A stretch of 64,000 bases of DNA from the NCBI GenBank assembly GCA_965202585.1, contig OZ241830.1, forward strand, positions 69,998,001 to 70,062,000, in the 5' to 3' direction. The notes beneath the pieces are model-generated. The model made no database searches. It saw only the letters and a list, made by a program, of their open reading frames with translations, and was not told the DNA's origin. The translations under genes were made by a program, and so were the position numbers. The stretch comes from Thalia democratica. Lineage: Eukaryota. Below, piece by piece: positions 51,701 to 64,000 of this stretch. Numbering within the stretch: the stretch's first letter is position 1; each line of letters begins with the position of its first letter.

Positions 51701-54636
51701 TTTGTTCAATAGTCAATTCTTTCCATAAAATTAAGTCATCGAAAAAGTGTTTTATTAAACCTTAAACATACTTGTAAGTTATATATTGAAACTTAATAAT
51801 TCTAATTCAGATGTACAACATGCTAAGGTTCCATTAAATATTAAACTTAATAGTTGTATTCGCACTTTACTCTTAGTTTTATCTGTTCAAAAAACTATCT
51901 TTTTAAACCTTTGAACTAAAAACAAGCTTTTTCAAACTAGTTTTTGTATCCGACTTTAAACTACTCTTTAATATTCTAAAAAACTACTTTTTAACATTTT
52001 AGACAAACATTGATATGTTTTTTAGCAGTTCAAAATTTCTGTTCAACTTGTAATAAATAGACTAGAAATTGAAAAAGAAATAGTATTTCTTGTTTTTCAT
52101 CAACTATTTCATAATCTACTAAGAAAAGTATTTAGAAAAAATTAACATGTAAAATATAAACATGTTTCAACAAAATTTAAAATGTCAATTTCATTGTTAC
52201 ACACGTAATATTGCAACACTTATTTTTTTTTTATTACGTCGCCTTTTTGGTTAGAAGACAATTCAAATTCGGACAACTCAGATTTCGACAATTCAAACTG
52301 TTGAAAAAATATTCAAAACACTAAAGTTAAAAAAGTAATATAAATTTGAAAAAAGTTACAAAAGCGTATGTAGATCTTATTAAAATCTACAAGCCAATCT
52401 TGTTTTTTTGCAAAATCTTAAATATTTTTAACGATATTTTAAAATTACTAGAAATAACTATATTTTTTTATTGTATTTAAGCCATATCTCATAAAATGTT
52501 TACTGTTTTGCAAAACGAAAAAAATGGCTCGTAGATACTAATAGGAACCTACATAAATATATTTTATACTTGACAAACATGCATTACTTAATTTTGATGA
52601 CTATGTATTGTTTTTAAGTTAAAATTTTTAGCTGTGTATAATTTTATTGTTCTATATAATGAAAAAAAAGGGATACTTGTGTATTCAGAGGAGAATACCT
52701 TAAAGTCAAATAGTTTTATTCCAAAACATTTTAAACCACACGATACGAAAGATTAATTGCGAAATATTTTGCAGTATGTGGTAGTTATATCTGTGTACTT
52801 TTTGTAAAGTTCAAAAGAAAAGTGTTCAATGATTTTTTCGAATTTAAATTTTTTGTGTTTAAAATAAAATACGTATATATATAAGATTTTAAATGATAAT
52901 TTTTATGTTTGCACTATATTTTACTTATTTTCTTAGCAAAACATTTAGTTTTATAATCTACAATAAATTTTGATTGACACATACTTTTAAAAGCATAACC
53001 TTTATGTTTTGTGTCAATTGTTAACAATACGTTTGTTTCTGTAATTAAATTTTTTGCCGTGAGTAAAGTTTATTTCTTTTTATTTTACGAGAACAATTGC
53101 AGCCTTAAAAAGATTGTTTTTATCAACGTCTCATATGATGTTATACATTTTTGAACAAATTTTCATAATTTTTTTCCTTAGACACCACAAAGGTAAGGTA
53201 ACCATTTTTTTATAATTTCAGTAGTAATACACTCAAATTTTTGATGTTATATCACAGCAACAAAATAAAACAAAAAGGAACTACTTACGCTGAACAAAAT
53301 AAATTTATCCATAATTTAAACGAGCGGAAGTATTACGTCATTTTTATCGCAGTTGAGTGACAAAAATATTTGCATTAAGACATTACCTACGTAGTAAGAG
53401 TCAAACAAAATGCTTTGCTATTTTTGAAACTGTAAAAAACATGTAACTACAAGATTCTTTTTATGCGCAGTAAAGGTAACATAATAAATACAATTTCTTT
53501 TTTTATCTGAAGATTTTAATTTCAAAACTTCTTTTTTGCCTTTTGTTGTGTCTTGATGTCATGATAAAACTTCGAGCCTTAAGTGATTGTTGCTAAATTT
53601 TATCTTGTACCTTACTTTACAAATTTTTGACGTAAACAGCCTGTCGATAGTGAAGTTTAGTGAGCACATCTTGTTCCAACAAATAATTTAATACATAATC
53701 AAACTCATTTATGTATATTAGAATGGTTAGTAAACGACAGTTTTTTTTCCGAAATGGTAAAATAAAAAGCCGTTTTTTAAATTTGTTTTTTGCGATTAGG
53801 TTTTGTAATGTTTGCTTAGTACATAGCGATGAAACTATTTAATTTTTGTCAAGAACTATGTTTATAAACATGTCAAGTTTCTTATAACTTGTCTTTTCTT
53901 AAGTCATCTCTTTTATTGTATTTTATCCATAGCGCCGGCAAAAATTCCTCTCAAGTTTACTAACTAAGCAAGAAATACATCAATAAACTCTTAAAAAAGA
54001 TTGATAACATTATTATTTAAAAGTGTTAATAAGTTTTGAGGTTTTTAAATTTTAAGATAAGTGCAAAGAGATTTTGAAAACAAAAGTGTATGTATTTACT
54101 GTGTCAAACCAATATTTATTTTGTTTCATTTTTTACTTTAACTTTAAACTTCTAAAGAAACATTAGAGTTGTACAGACACAAGATTACAATTTTCAGTAA
54201 TGTAAAGTACTTGTTTCTGAAATAAAATTTATATATTTTATTCAGAAACATTATATAAAGAAACACTATATACTTTTTAAGTAAAGTAAAAGAAAGTGAT
54301 TAAATTATTTACTTAGCTGTTATATAAGTTTATTTAAAAAAAAGTTTATCTAAATAGCTCATCATTTTAAAGCTGTGAGTTTTTTATAATTCTGAAAATA
54401 AACTGCTTAGAAATAATATCTAAGACATAAAAACATGTTACATATATTTTTTTCTACCACCAAAAAACTAACACAAATAGATAAAGTGTTAAACTATCAT
54501 TATTTATTTGTAAAGCGCTTAAGTAGGCCGTTAGTTACATTTACTCTTTTTCTAGCTTATAATAGTACTAAGTCGTAAGTAAATTTGAACTTTGATTAAA
54601 TTTCCTCCAACGTGGGTCATCGAATCGGGATATCAG

Positions 54637-54931
54637 ATGAAAACGTCTAAGCAGGTCGTCCAATGTACAGGAGACCTTTCATGTTGTCATAAACCACCAG
54701 AAAGTCAGGACACCTTTGATTGGAATAATTTTGACGACTACTCCGTAGGCAGCAGCTCCCAGGGCTACTTCTCACCTGAGTACCAAAATGGGGGAAGCAC
54801 CGGAAGCGAGATGTGCTTTCACTCTAACCAGGGACAAGTTTCGATTGAGGGGATGTCGAGCAGTTCAAGTCATACTGTGATAAAAGGAAAGTATCCTAAA
54901 CATTTTGACAACGCAAAACATGGTATAAGAG
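54637..54931 (+). CDS. Isl: Islet copy 3 exon 1
   Basis: MKTSKQ...[20 protein letters not shown]; donor AGAG|GTGAAT. Confidence 0.72.
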
Positions 54932-57900
54932 GTGAATATTTATTATGTAAAAGTATTTCTTTTCTACTTTTTAGTTTCAGCACGCATTAAAATACTTTAT
55001 TAAGGTCATTAAAAATTAAAATTGTAAACTGTACTTATACATAGGTCCTTAAACTTAGTAATTTCGTTTTTTAGATGGAAGTAATTAGTTTTTATGTACT
55101 AGTATTTATTTATTGTGTATAACAAGAATACTTTATTTTGTTAGTTTTTTATAAAACTGTTTTTGAGTTCAACTAGAGGACAAAACTTATTGAGATACGG
55201 GTTAAAAGATGAAAAAAAAAACATTTAATTTCTTCAATTTGATTATTTTGAAAGTCGAAACATTAGTTTACAGCCGCAATGAACCAACAAATTTGATTGT
55301 TTTAAAAACTAAATTACATATAAACAAAAAAACATTAAAATTATCGCCTAGTTGTCAAAAAAGCACGAAATGACAGTTTTGCACGAAGAAAGTTTTGCAA
55401 GGGTTAAAAATCAAATATTTAAACTTTGTTTTACTAGTTTCTATTTTTCATTTGTTTAATGTTTTAATATTTACTATCACTGTTATCTCTAACCCTTACT
55501 CTCGGTCGGTATTTTTACTTTCATTTTGATTTTTAAATCAATTTTTTTTGAGTTTTTGTTTTCATCTTTTTATTTTATTTTATAAAATACTTTTTTTTTT
55601 GTTTTACTATCACTGCTACCCCTAACCCTTACCCTCGGTCGGTAACTTTATTTTATTTAATTTATCTGTTTTTTTAGTAATTTTATTTTTATTGTTTTTG
55701 TACTCTCGTGCATTAGTAACCCTCGTGAAAAATTGTAATTCGTGGAGAAAAATGTCCCTTTGAGCTAAAGTGTCCCTTTAAGCATGTTTGACCCGTTCTT
55801 GAAATTATCAGTACTACAAACGATAAAAATAGGTAAGTTTTATCTTTTCTGAGACCACAATATTTATTTTATCTATGTCATAGCACTTAAGTATACAGTA
55901 ACAAACATTAATTAAATTAAAGCGTTCACAATATAAGATTTCAAAACTTTTAAGAGCTAATTTTTAGTAAGTCTAACAAAAATTAGTCGAGTCAAACGTC
56001 CAAATAGCTTGACCGATAGCCTTTGGTGGGTGTTTGATTTAAGAATTTTGTAGTTACAAGTAAAATGTTAAAATTAAAAAGAAAAAAAAATGCAGTGAAT
56101 AAATTAGTTAATATCTTGCAACTATCGAAGAAAGTGAGGCTTAAAACATTTAGATTATACTTTTTTACAAAAGAGAACAGCAATTTAACTCGGCGGTTGA
56201 TCTTATATGAATTTTAAAGAGGTGTGTGATTTAAAAAATTTATTTCTGTGGTCAATTCTCCTGAGTTTTGATAAAGTTAATGAAAAAGCGCATTTAAACT
56301 TATAAATAATTTATATATTGTTGCAAAAATGTTTAATAGTATACAAAATTTTTTAACTTTTTATTGTTAAAAAACGTAGTCTAAAAAAAACCTGTTCAGT
56401 ATGTCAAAATATATATTTAACAAATTCAACTTATAAACTCGAATCAGTTTCATCAAATGCGAAAACATTATTAGTGTTCAAACCGCTGTTTTTATAATTC
56501 TAACAGAAGAGTTTATAATGAAGTTTTTTTTAGGACTTAGTTCCAGGACTTGCATGGGTTGTGGTCACCTGATCCACGGTTCTTACATCAGCACCTCACA
56601 GGGGGTCGACTGGCATTCAAAATGTCTCAAGTGCGCCGCATGTGGTTGCAACCTGGCAGATATGAGAACCTGCTTCGTTAGGGACAACAAACCTTACTGT
56701 AAAAACGACTATTTTCAGTTTGTTTGTTTTCTGTAATATAACAGATTTAAAGCTTAGAAGAGTCAAACACAAGAAAAATTAAACCTACAGTAGTTTAAAA
56801 CACAGAATATAAACATGTCAAAAAAATTATTTGAAAACTACTGAGCATTATAACGAGTTAAAAGTTTTAGTAGCGTATTAAAAACAAAATTTAACAAAAT
56901 TCAAAAAAAAATTTAAGATTTTTGTGTTAAATAAATGTTTAAAAGTTTTAAAGACAAAATAAAATTTATGTTTTACTTTCAATCTAATAACTTTGCCGTT
57001 ATGCTTTTGACGCTACAAAAAAAAATATCTTGATAAACTTAATTTGTTCCATAAGCAATTAAGTTATTTTAAAAACGCAAGTTATACATTGTCGGTTGAA
57101 GTATGTTCAGCATAACTTACGAACCTTTTAGCTTTGGCACTGTTAATTGAAAACACCTCTTCAGTTTATGCTGTTAATTCGCTGCTTTGAAAACAAAAGT
57201 AAATTTTCCATTTGTCAAGTTGTTTTCGCTTGTTGACCTAATAAACTGTCGGCTCGATTAACTCACATGTCAAGTAAATAAAGTAAAAACGGTAAAACTA
57301 CAGTGTGTGGTATATGTTTTTGAATTATTCAAAGTTTTTTGTCAAATAGAAAAAGTTTATAGAAAGAAATCAAAGTGCATTAAAACAAAACTAAACTAAA
57401 TAGTGTTTTTCTTTTAAACTAAATTTTTAAAACAAATACTTTTAAAATTTTCATTTTTCAAAACTGAAAAACTCTAAAGTAAACGATAAACAATATTGTT
57501 TAGAAATATAGTTGTAGGATGTTTTATAATGATTGTTTTTAAGCTTATGTTAGTTAAACAAAATATTGTTTTAAAAATAGTCAATATGTGCTAAAACTTA
57601 ACTTTAAAACATTTTTTTATTTGATTTATCTTTTTTTTATAAAACTTCAATTATGCTATTTTACTAATGATTTCAAAACTTCATGCTTAAAATTCTCATA
57701 GACATAGAAATTACGCTAAGCAAAACTCTTAAATCAGTAGTTTGTAACAGTTTTAAAATTATTATTAATTTTTCATGCTTATGCTTTAGTGCAATAATAT
57801 ATGGTCAATTTAACATGCGACGCAAGAATCCACACTTTTAACTAATAATCTCAAAAATAGTCATCTTATCATTTTGCTAAATGAATTATTTATGCCTTTT

Positions 57901-60900
57901 GAGCTTTGGCAAGTCATTTATAATAAGTAATAAGAAAATTGTTTTTTGTTTTGATACATACCTTGTTTCTTTTTTTTTATATTTTTGTTGTAAAACTTAT
58001 GAAGAACTAATAATTTAGAATCAAACAAATTGATTTAAATAATTAACAATTCTTTTAACACAAGTGAATTAATTGTACGTAATTATGAAAATATAATTAA
58101 TCATTATTTAGAAAGAAAAACTAAAAGCTTAAAATTCTTAAATTGTTAAGTTATCAAAAACTACAATGCTAAGTGTAATTATAAAATACAAACCAAATTG
58201 TCAGTTCTAAATATAAATTACTGAATCTTAAAACAATTGACAGTTTTTGAGTTGAACTAAACTTTTTGACTTAGTTTTTAATATTTTAAAGATAAAACCT
58301 ATTTTGTACAAAAATTAAATATTTTATGCTATTTGAACTGTTTTTATTTTTTAGGCACGAAAATTTTTTGATTATTTAAATTCTAAGGAGTCCATATTTT
58401 ACTGTTAAGTATGGTAAGGAAGTACAGTTTAATGAGTTTGATAAAAACTTAAAGTCAGCTTAACATAGTCATAAAAAATATTATATTAAAAAAGGTTCAC
58501 AACTTTATTTACAATTAAATAAAGCGTTAAACATTATATTACTGTAATACTTTGAAAACTTACAAATGATAATAACTTCAAAATGTCCCAAAAGTCTCGA
58601 TTCATGTTTTTGAGCAATAACTTATGATAAAGTGTGTTTTATTTTGAATATTAACACTAAAGGCATTTTTTTAATATAAAAGAAATTCGATACTTGTGTG
58701 ACAAAAAACTTGTAAAATAAAGCAAGCATTTTAAAACTTTATTTTTACTTCACTCGCACTTCTCTGCAAGCAAAGCTGTTGTGTGACAGAAAATTGTCTG
58801 TTTTATTGTGTTTCTCTGTCGGCATTCTCATCAATATTTCAAAACTTCAAACAAGGGAAAATTCTTAAACGTTCTTTTCTAAATGCGATCTTCTGATATA
58901 TCACAAACTCCACAACTTTGACCTTAAAAAGATCGATGTTTTTCACTTCCGGAAACAAGTCTAATTAACCTTTTTTGTTTTCATAAAGGCAATAAAAAAC
59001 TAAAACTTTAAGATACAAATAAAACTTTTTGCAGACATGTTTCAGTTTAATTTGACATTAAATATTGCCTCTTTTCTACAATTCAAACTCATGACTATTT
59101 TCTAAGTTTTCTTTTCAGCTATTTATTCTTAACAAGTTCATTTACGCTCGCCTATGCGTCATATGTAAACCATGGTGTGTTACAATTTTTACTATTCAGT
59201 CAGCTCAAACCGCTATTGTGACGTAACAACAGAACAGGAAACTCGAGTGCGCTCAGTGGAATGTGTCAATCACTAATAATTCCGGTTGTTGCTAGGCAAC
59301 CTCGCTACAAATTGGGGAGGAGCAATTAAAAGGTTCCGATCTCACACACGAAGCTGACGTCGGCCGACAAGCAACTTGCGACGTCGAATTGAGGCTTGTC
59401 TCTGTCTCAATTGCCCCTTGTCGATCTTTTAGAAACTTATTGTAGTGTTTTGATGCACACAAATAAAGAGAAAACTTGATCTTTAAAGAAAACTAGGAAA
59501 CTGTTAATGGAAGTAATTGATAAACTTTATAGGGAAATTGTACGATCACATCAAAAAAATTTTTGTGTTGCAAAGCGACGTTGATGCGTATAAAGCTATC
59601 ACTTTAATTATCTCCTTATGACGTCATAATCAATGCCGACGACGTCTCGTCGACACCAGCGATGATGTAGCACCGAGACAAATATAGATTATCAGAAAAG
59701 TTTTTAATTGGTTCAAGTCGTTTAAAAATCTTCAAGAACCTATCATCTCACACAAAAGTTTGCGTTAAGGTTTTTTTAGTCAACTTGTGACTACTTGTGC
59801 TTTTAAGCTGCTGCTATAATGTAGCTTACAGTTGTTGTTGTTTGTATGAAGCCAAGATAAACCCTAAAAACAGTTATAATAAAGAACAAATTACATTTAT
59901 TAACAGTTAATGAAAACGGTTCGAGATTTCAACTATATGATTAAATAGTTGAAGTTTTTGCTTGTTTACTAAGTACTTACGCAGTTTAATTTAATAATTT
60001 GTTTAATATGCAAGTTTTAAATTAAGTTCTTACCTGTTGTTTATCGAGAATATTCTGAATTTCTGAACTTTAAATTAAGTAAGGATTATTTTAAACAAAA
60101 TTTGTATAAAAATTTGTTAGTTTAACAAAAAAAAAAATTATAATCTCAACAAGCAACTGATTAAAAATTCTTTTTGAAAAAGCGAAGTTATACAACTATA
60201 ATAACTGTTATTTAACTTTTTAATGCTATTTTACTACATATATCAATAATAAACTCATATAGTGCTCAAAACATAACTAAAATTTGTATATAAAAACATT
60301 TAAAACAAAAAAAAAAGGTTTTTCACACAACAGATCACTTTCAAATTCAAATATTTTTAAATGTATTACTATATGTGTGAATAAATATAATAACATACAA
60401 TTAATTGTCAATTATATGATGATCAAACGCGTAAGTTCATGTTTCTACTAAAATCACAAAAACTGTCAACTACGTTTATTTTCACCAAAAAAAAAAGTTA
60501 TTAAACAGATTAGCGTTAAATTTATTAAAAATATTTTCATATTTGCGTTTTGTGACTTGTTCATACAATGAGCTTTAAACAAGATCTAATCAGTTTCAAA
60601 GATAAATTATAGGACTATAAAGTGCCAATCATATTAGTAAGATGCACCGGCAAAACTTCCTAAAAAAAAATTATTGTTGATAAATTTTTCTTTGTAAAAT
60701 AAATATAAACAAAGGGTAGAACTGTATATTTATAAAAAAAGTTGATGGTTTTTATATATTAGTTATGAAAAACATATACATTAGTTTTTAAAATAAGTTT
60801 TTTTGAAATACTTACTAAATTTCTATGTTAATTTTCTCACTTTTTAATTCACAACTTTTTAAACTAAATCAGAATATTTGCTTGAAAAAAAATCAAAGGA

Positions 60901-62844
60901 CATTTTTTTTTTATAAAACTTATTTAAAATCTAAAAACAATCAAGAAACACAGATAGATGCAGCGAAGTAACAGGATTGTAATAAGAACATAAAATACAA
61001 GAAATTGTGGTTTTTGTCTGCTTGAGTCGAGACAGTCGACATATGTTATCGACTGCAAAGAAGTTCTGCTTACTAATCACTGATTCTACTAGCTTAACTT
61101 ACTTTTTCAATCGAACTTCAAATTGTTTACAGAAATAATATTAAAGCTTTCGATAAACTTAACATAAACAAAAGGTGCATGTTTTAAAATGTTTAATTTT
61201 ATGTATAAAGTTTGCATTTGACTTGAATCTATTGAGTTAAAGGATCAAACTATGACTGAAAAGCTCAGTTTTAAATCTGAAAGGTTTTATTTTTCACTCC
61301 AGAACTATTAGAGTTTTGATTAATTATTAAATAAATTCCTTATAAAAGCTTGAAGACAAATCTTGTTATGACGTCATAATAGCTGTTGAAGTCAGCTGCC
61401 AAGTTGTAATGCGGTTCAGGTGAAATAAGTATGATTGATTTTGTGCTTTCAATCCGGACTGCGACGCTTTAACTTTCAAATACAAGCATGTAGGCAGACA
61501 CAACGAAATTTGATAATAATTCTGGGAGCAGTAAAAGTGTCGTCATTTGTTGTAGCAAGGAAGTCCTACGGGAGCTCATTGTCCGGAAGCTTTGAGCAGC
61601 GCATAATAGCGTATTATTGCGTCATAATTGAGTATATATGCAGACATGTTTTGTGTATATGAGTTCAACCGGGTGTACTTTTATCAGTATCAAGAAAAAT
61701 AATGTTTGCAAAATCTTAGCATAGAACTAAATAGCTATTAATAGTACATAAAGCAGTACCAAACGAATATAACTAAACTTGAACATTAATAAATTTAAAA
61801 CAAAATGTTTATGGAGCGCTAAGAGTACAAACTCAACTAATAACTGTGTTTTTCTAGAAGTTTTTAAAACAATATCCATAGTAAAGTATTTGCAGCTAAG
61901 TAGTTATAAAGCTAATAAAAAATCCATTAAGCCATTTACAAAACGATACTTATAATATCGATTAAGATGTAATAAGAAAAGATAATTAGAAATAGATTAA
62001 GTTGAGTTTATTAAACCTAATCATAAAACGTTTTAAATATCAAGGTGATATATTTCCTTCTTGAGTTAAGTAAGCAGTAATCAAAGTATCAGTTTACGAA
62101 ATGTTTTAGTTTTATACATTTCATTTAAAAGTTGAAAATTGTTTTTTGTTGCAAATATAACTGTTTTATACAAAGTTTCTTATAAAACGTTTTGAATCTG
62201 ATCAACAGCAAGTTATTTATACACTAATGACTTAAAAATAAATTATTTATTTCAGCTTGTTTGCGCCAAAATGCGCAAAGTGCAAACTTGGACTGGTCAA
62301 AGGGGATTTGATGATGTCTGTAAGAGATAAAAAGTACCATGTTCAGTGTTTTAGGTTAGTGATAACTGTTAAAATAATGTTTGATACTGCATTTTATACC
62401 TTACCCTTATTTTATGTAAGTGAGCATTATAACAATACTTATATAAAATTTAGAAATATTTAGATGCATAATGATATAAATGAATTAGAGGTGATTTAAA
62501 CACTAATGTATATTTTAAACAACACATATAATATATCATTCAAACTTGAAATTAACTAAATAAAGTTAGTTTATAAGATACTTGCTAAGAAATTTATCAC
62601 CGTGTTATTTAAAAATGAATTGTTTATATGTAAAATATTTGTATATTATAATCACACTTATATGTTTCAGCCCCGATTACTTGTAAATGTCAACATAATT
62701 TTTTACTGTTAAACAGATGTTACGCTTGTCACAATCAACTGATACCAGGAGATTCATTCGTGTGTAACGAAGATGGAAGCATCTATTGCATAAAAGATTA
62801 CGAAAGAATTTTCAACAATTCAACAGATGACAACAGTACTATTG
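54637..62844 (+). CDS. Isl: Islet copy 3, exons 1-4 (gene continues beyond the window)
   Basis: join(54637-54931,56534-56717,62256-62354,62717-62844); in frame, canonical splice sites, both LIM domains intact. Confidence 0.85.
55198..55795. mobile_element. MITE-like element with terminal and subterminal inverted repeats (~600 bp)
   Basis: Ends CGGGTTAAAAGATG ... CATGTTTGACCCG; subterminal inverted pair GACAGTTTTGCACGAAG..GCAAGGGTTAA / TAACCCTCGTG..TTCGTGG..AATGTC; internal duplicated CTAACCCTTAC(T/C)CTCGGTCGGTA; only in copy 3. No clear TSD. Confidence 0.6.
56534..56717 (+). CDS. Isl: Islet copy 3 exon 2 (LIM1)
   Basis: TTTTTAG acceptor and CA|GTTTGT donor; 184 nt. Confidence 0.9.
59213..59420. 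promoter_or_regulatory. Intron-2 CNE-b in copy 3 (X-box GTTGCTAGGCAAC at 59288-59300)
   Basis: Paralog of 31835-32042. Confidence 0.75.
62256..62354 (+). CDS. Isl: Islet copy 3 exon 3 (LIM2a)
   Basis: TTTCAG acceptor and AG|GTTAGT donor; 99 nt. Confidence 0.9.
62717..62844 (+). CDS. Isl: Islet copy 3 exon 4 (LIM2b)
   Basis: AAACAG acceptor and G|GTAAGT donor; 128 nt. Not in the supplied ORF track. Confidence 0.9.
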
Positions 62845-64000
62845 GTAAGTCTGATTCTTTTAACAATTCTAGTTTTAATTGAAATATTTAAGAATTCTTT
62901 TGATGCAGTTTTAATATTTTTTACTTTGACAAATAAAGATTCAAAAATTGTAAACGTAGACTAAAAAGTTGTCTAAGCATCTTCAACACAACTTAATTAT
63001 ATTTTAACTCTATTAACATAAAATGTTTTAGTAACTTCGTTAACCTTTATAGTATTTGAAATTAACTTAAGTTTTTTATAAAGTACTTAAGTTAAAATAT
63101 CAAAAAGAAAACTATTTATCTAATTCAGTAGAAAAACTATATTTTTTTCACAATTAAGGAAAATACTAGTTTGATACCGTATTTAAAAAGTAGTTTATTT
63201 TAACCTTGTAAATTAAGTCAAAGTATAAAATCAAGTTACTGAAAATCATCAAACAGTTTGTAGATATTGAAATCTACACAAAATGCTTTAAGTTATAAAG
63301 CCATGCTGTATGTAACTTTACTACCAGAAATTATAATTTTAACCACTGATTGGTCTTTAATGCATGAGGTTCTAAACAAGTTCAAATAGAAATCACTCAT
63401 GCATAAAAATCTGCACTAATGCCAGCTACCGTGCGATAATTGGATAATCCGTGTAACTTAACCTCGCATAACTCAACCTTCGCACTTCGTAATCAGACTT
63501 TGTGCAACAAAAGCCAATATTTTTTGAAATTTTATTATAAAACTCTTTTGATAGTGAAAGCGCTTTAATGTTTAAAAGTGTTGGCTCTTTTATGTTTCGG
63601 TTGCTGTTGTTTGTGTTAATTTTCAGTTTTAGTTCGCGCCCATGCATTATAAAATCTTAGCTGTATTTTATATTAAACTTTTCTTTGCTGAGAAAAATTG
63701 TCGGCAGTTTTGTTAATCATTGAGTTTGCAAAAAAAAAAAAAATAAATAAAATTAATTAATATCAGACAAAATAATTTAAAAGACTTGACCTCGGAGTTT
63801 GGTTATAAACCTATACAAGTAATATTTTACTATAAACCTATAAACGTGCAAGCTATATTGATTACTTTAGTTCAGTTAAAAAACAAAACCAGCACATAAA
63901 AGTTTTTTTATTTATGATTTTTTTACTTAAAGAATAGATTATAGACTAAAATCTTCTTAATGTTTTATAATCCAGCTAGAAGTTCAAAGTTCAACTTATG

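Larger units (their letters stand above)
26995..52670 (+). repeat. Tandem segmental repeat unit 2
   Basis: Collinear homology to unit 1 in exons, introns, Kelch gene and downstream CNEs, with many indels. Confidence 0.9.
52671..64000 (+). repeat. Tandem segmental repeat unit 3 (partial)
   Basis: 52671-52770 matches window positions 1-100; Islet exons 1-4 and several intronic CNEs follow in the same order. Confidence 0.88.

Noticed and set aside
52255-52300. Three imperfect GACAAYTCARAY repeats resembling a transposon end
   Set aside because: No matching inverted partner or TSD found.
55610-55640. CCCTAACCCT telomere-like motif
   Set aside because: Only 1-2 units and part of the internal duplication of the MITE.
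59636-59657. Palindrome CGACGA-CGTC-TCGTCG in copy 3
   Set aside because: Short, not conserved in copies 1 or 2, and no other support.
219-63647. Remaining 60-100 aa ORFs in introns and spacers (e.g. 219, 1290, 11425, 12810, 15299, 24673, 25240, 28148, 35575, 36523, 43987, 55992, 63426)
   Set aside because: K/I/F/L/N-rich translations typical of AT-rich non-coding DNA, many with non-ATG starts, and not frame-conserved between units.
1-64000. CRISPR arrays, rRNA, tRNA or prokaryotic operons
   Set aside because: None seen; the sequence has spliceosomal introns and the repeats are segmental duplications.

Overview
AT-rich eukaryotic (invertebrate) genomic DNA; a tunicate is my low-confidence guess. 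The window is almost entirely a head-to-tail tandem array of an ~26 kb unit, seen as two complete copies (about 1-26990 and 26995-52670) and a third that runs off the right edge (52671-64000). Each unit carries a multi-exon Islet-class LIM-homeobox gene (+ strand) and, in the two complete units, a single-exon Kelch-repeat gene plus several conserved non-coding elements (CNEs). The copies have degenerated in complementary ways. Unit 1 has a complete 7-exon Islet model (477 aa, two weakened splice donors) but a frameshifted Kelch pseudogene and has lost one intronic CNE. Unit 2 has an intact Kelch ORF, but its Islet has a 1.7 kb deletion removing the Lhx3-binding-domain exon. Copy 3 has the most conserved LIM exons but lacks two CNEs kept by copies 1 and 2. 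A 222-nt homeobox tract with 85% GC3 is identical between copies 1 and 2, suggesting gene conversion. Copy-specific MITE-like insertions are present. All alignments were done by eye; non-coding boundaries are approximate.
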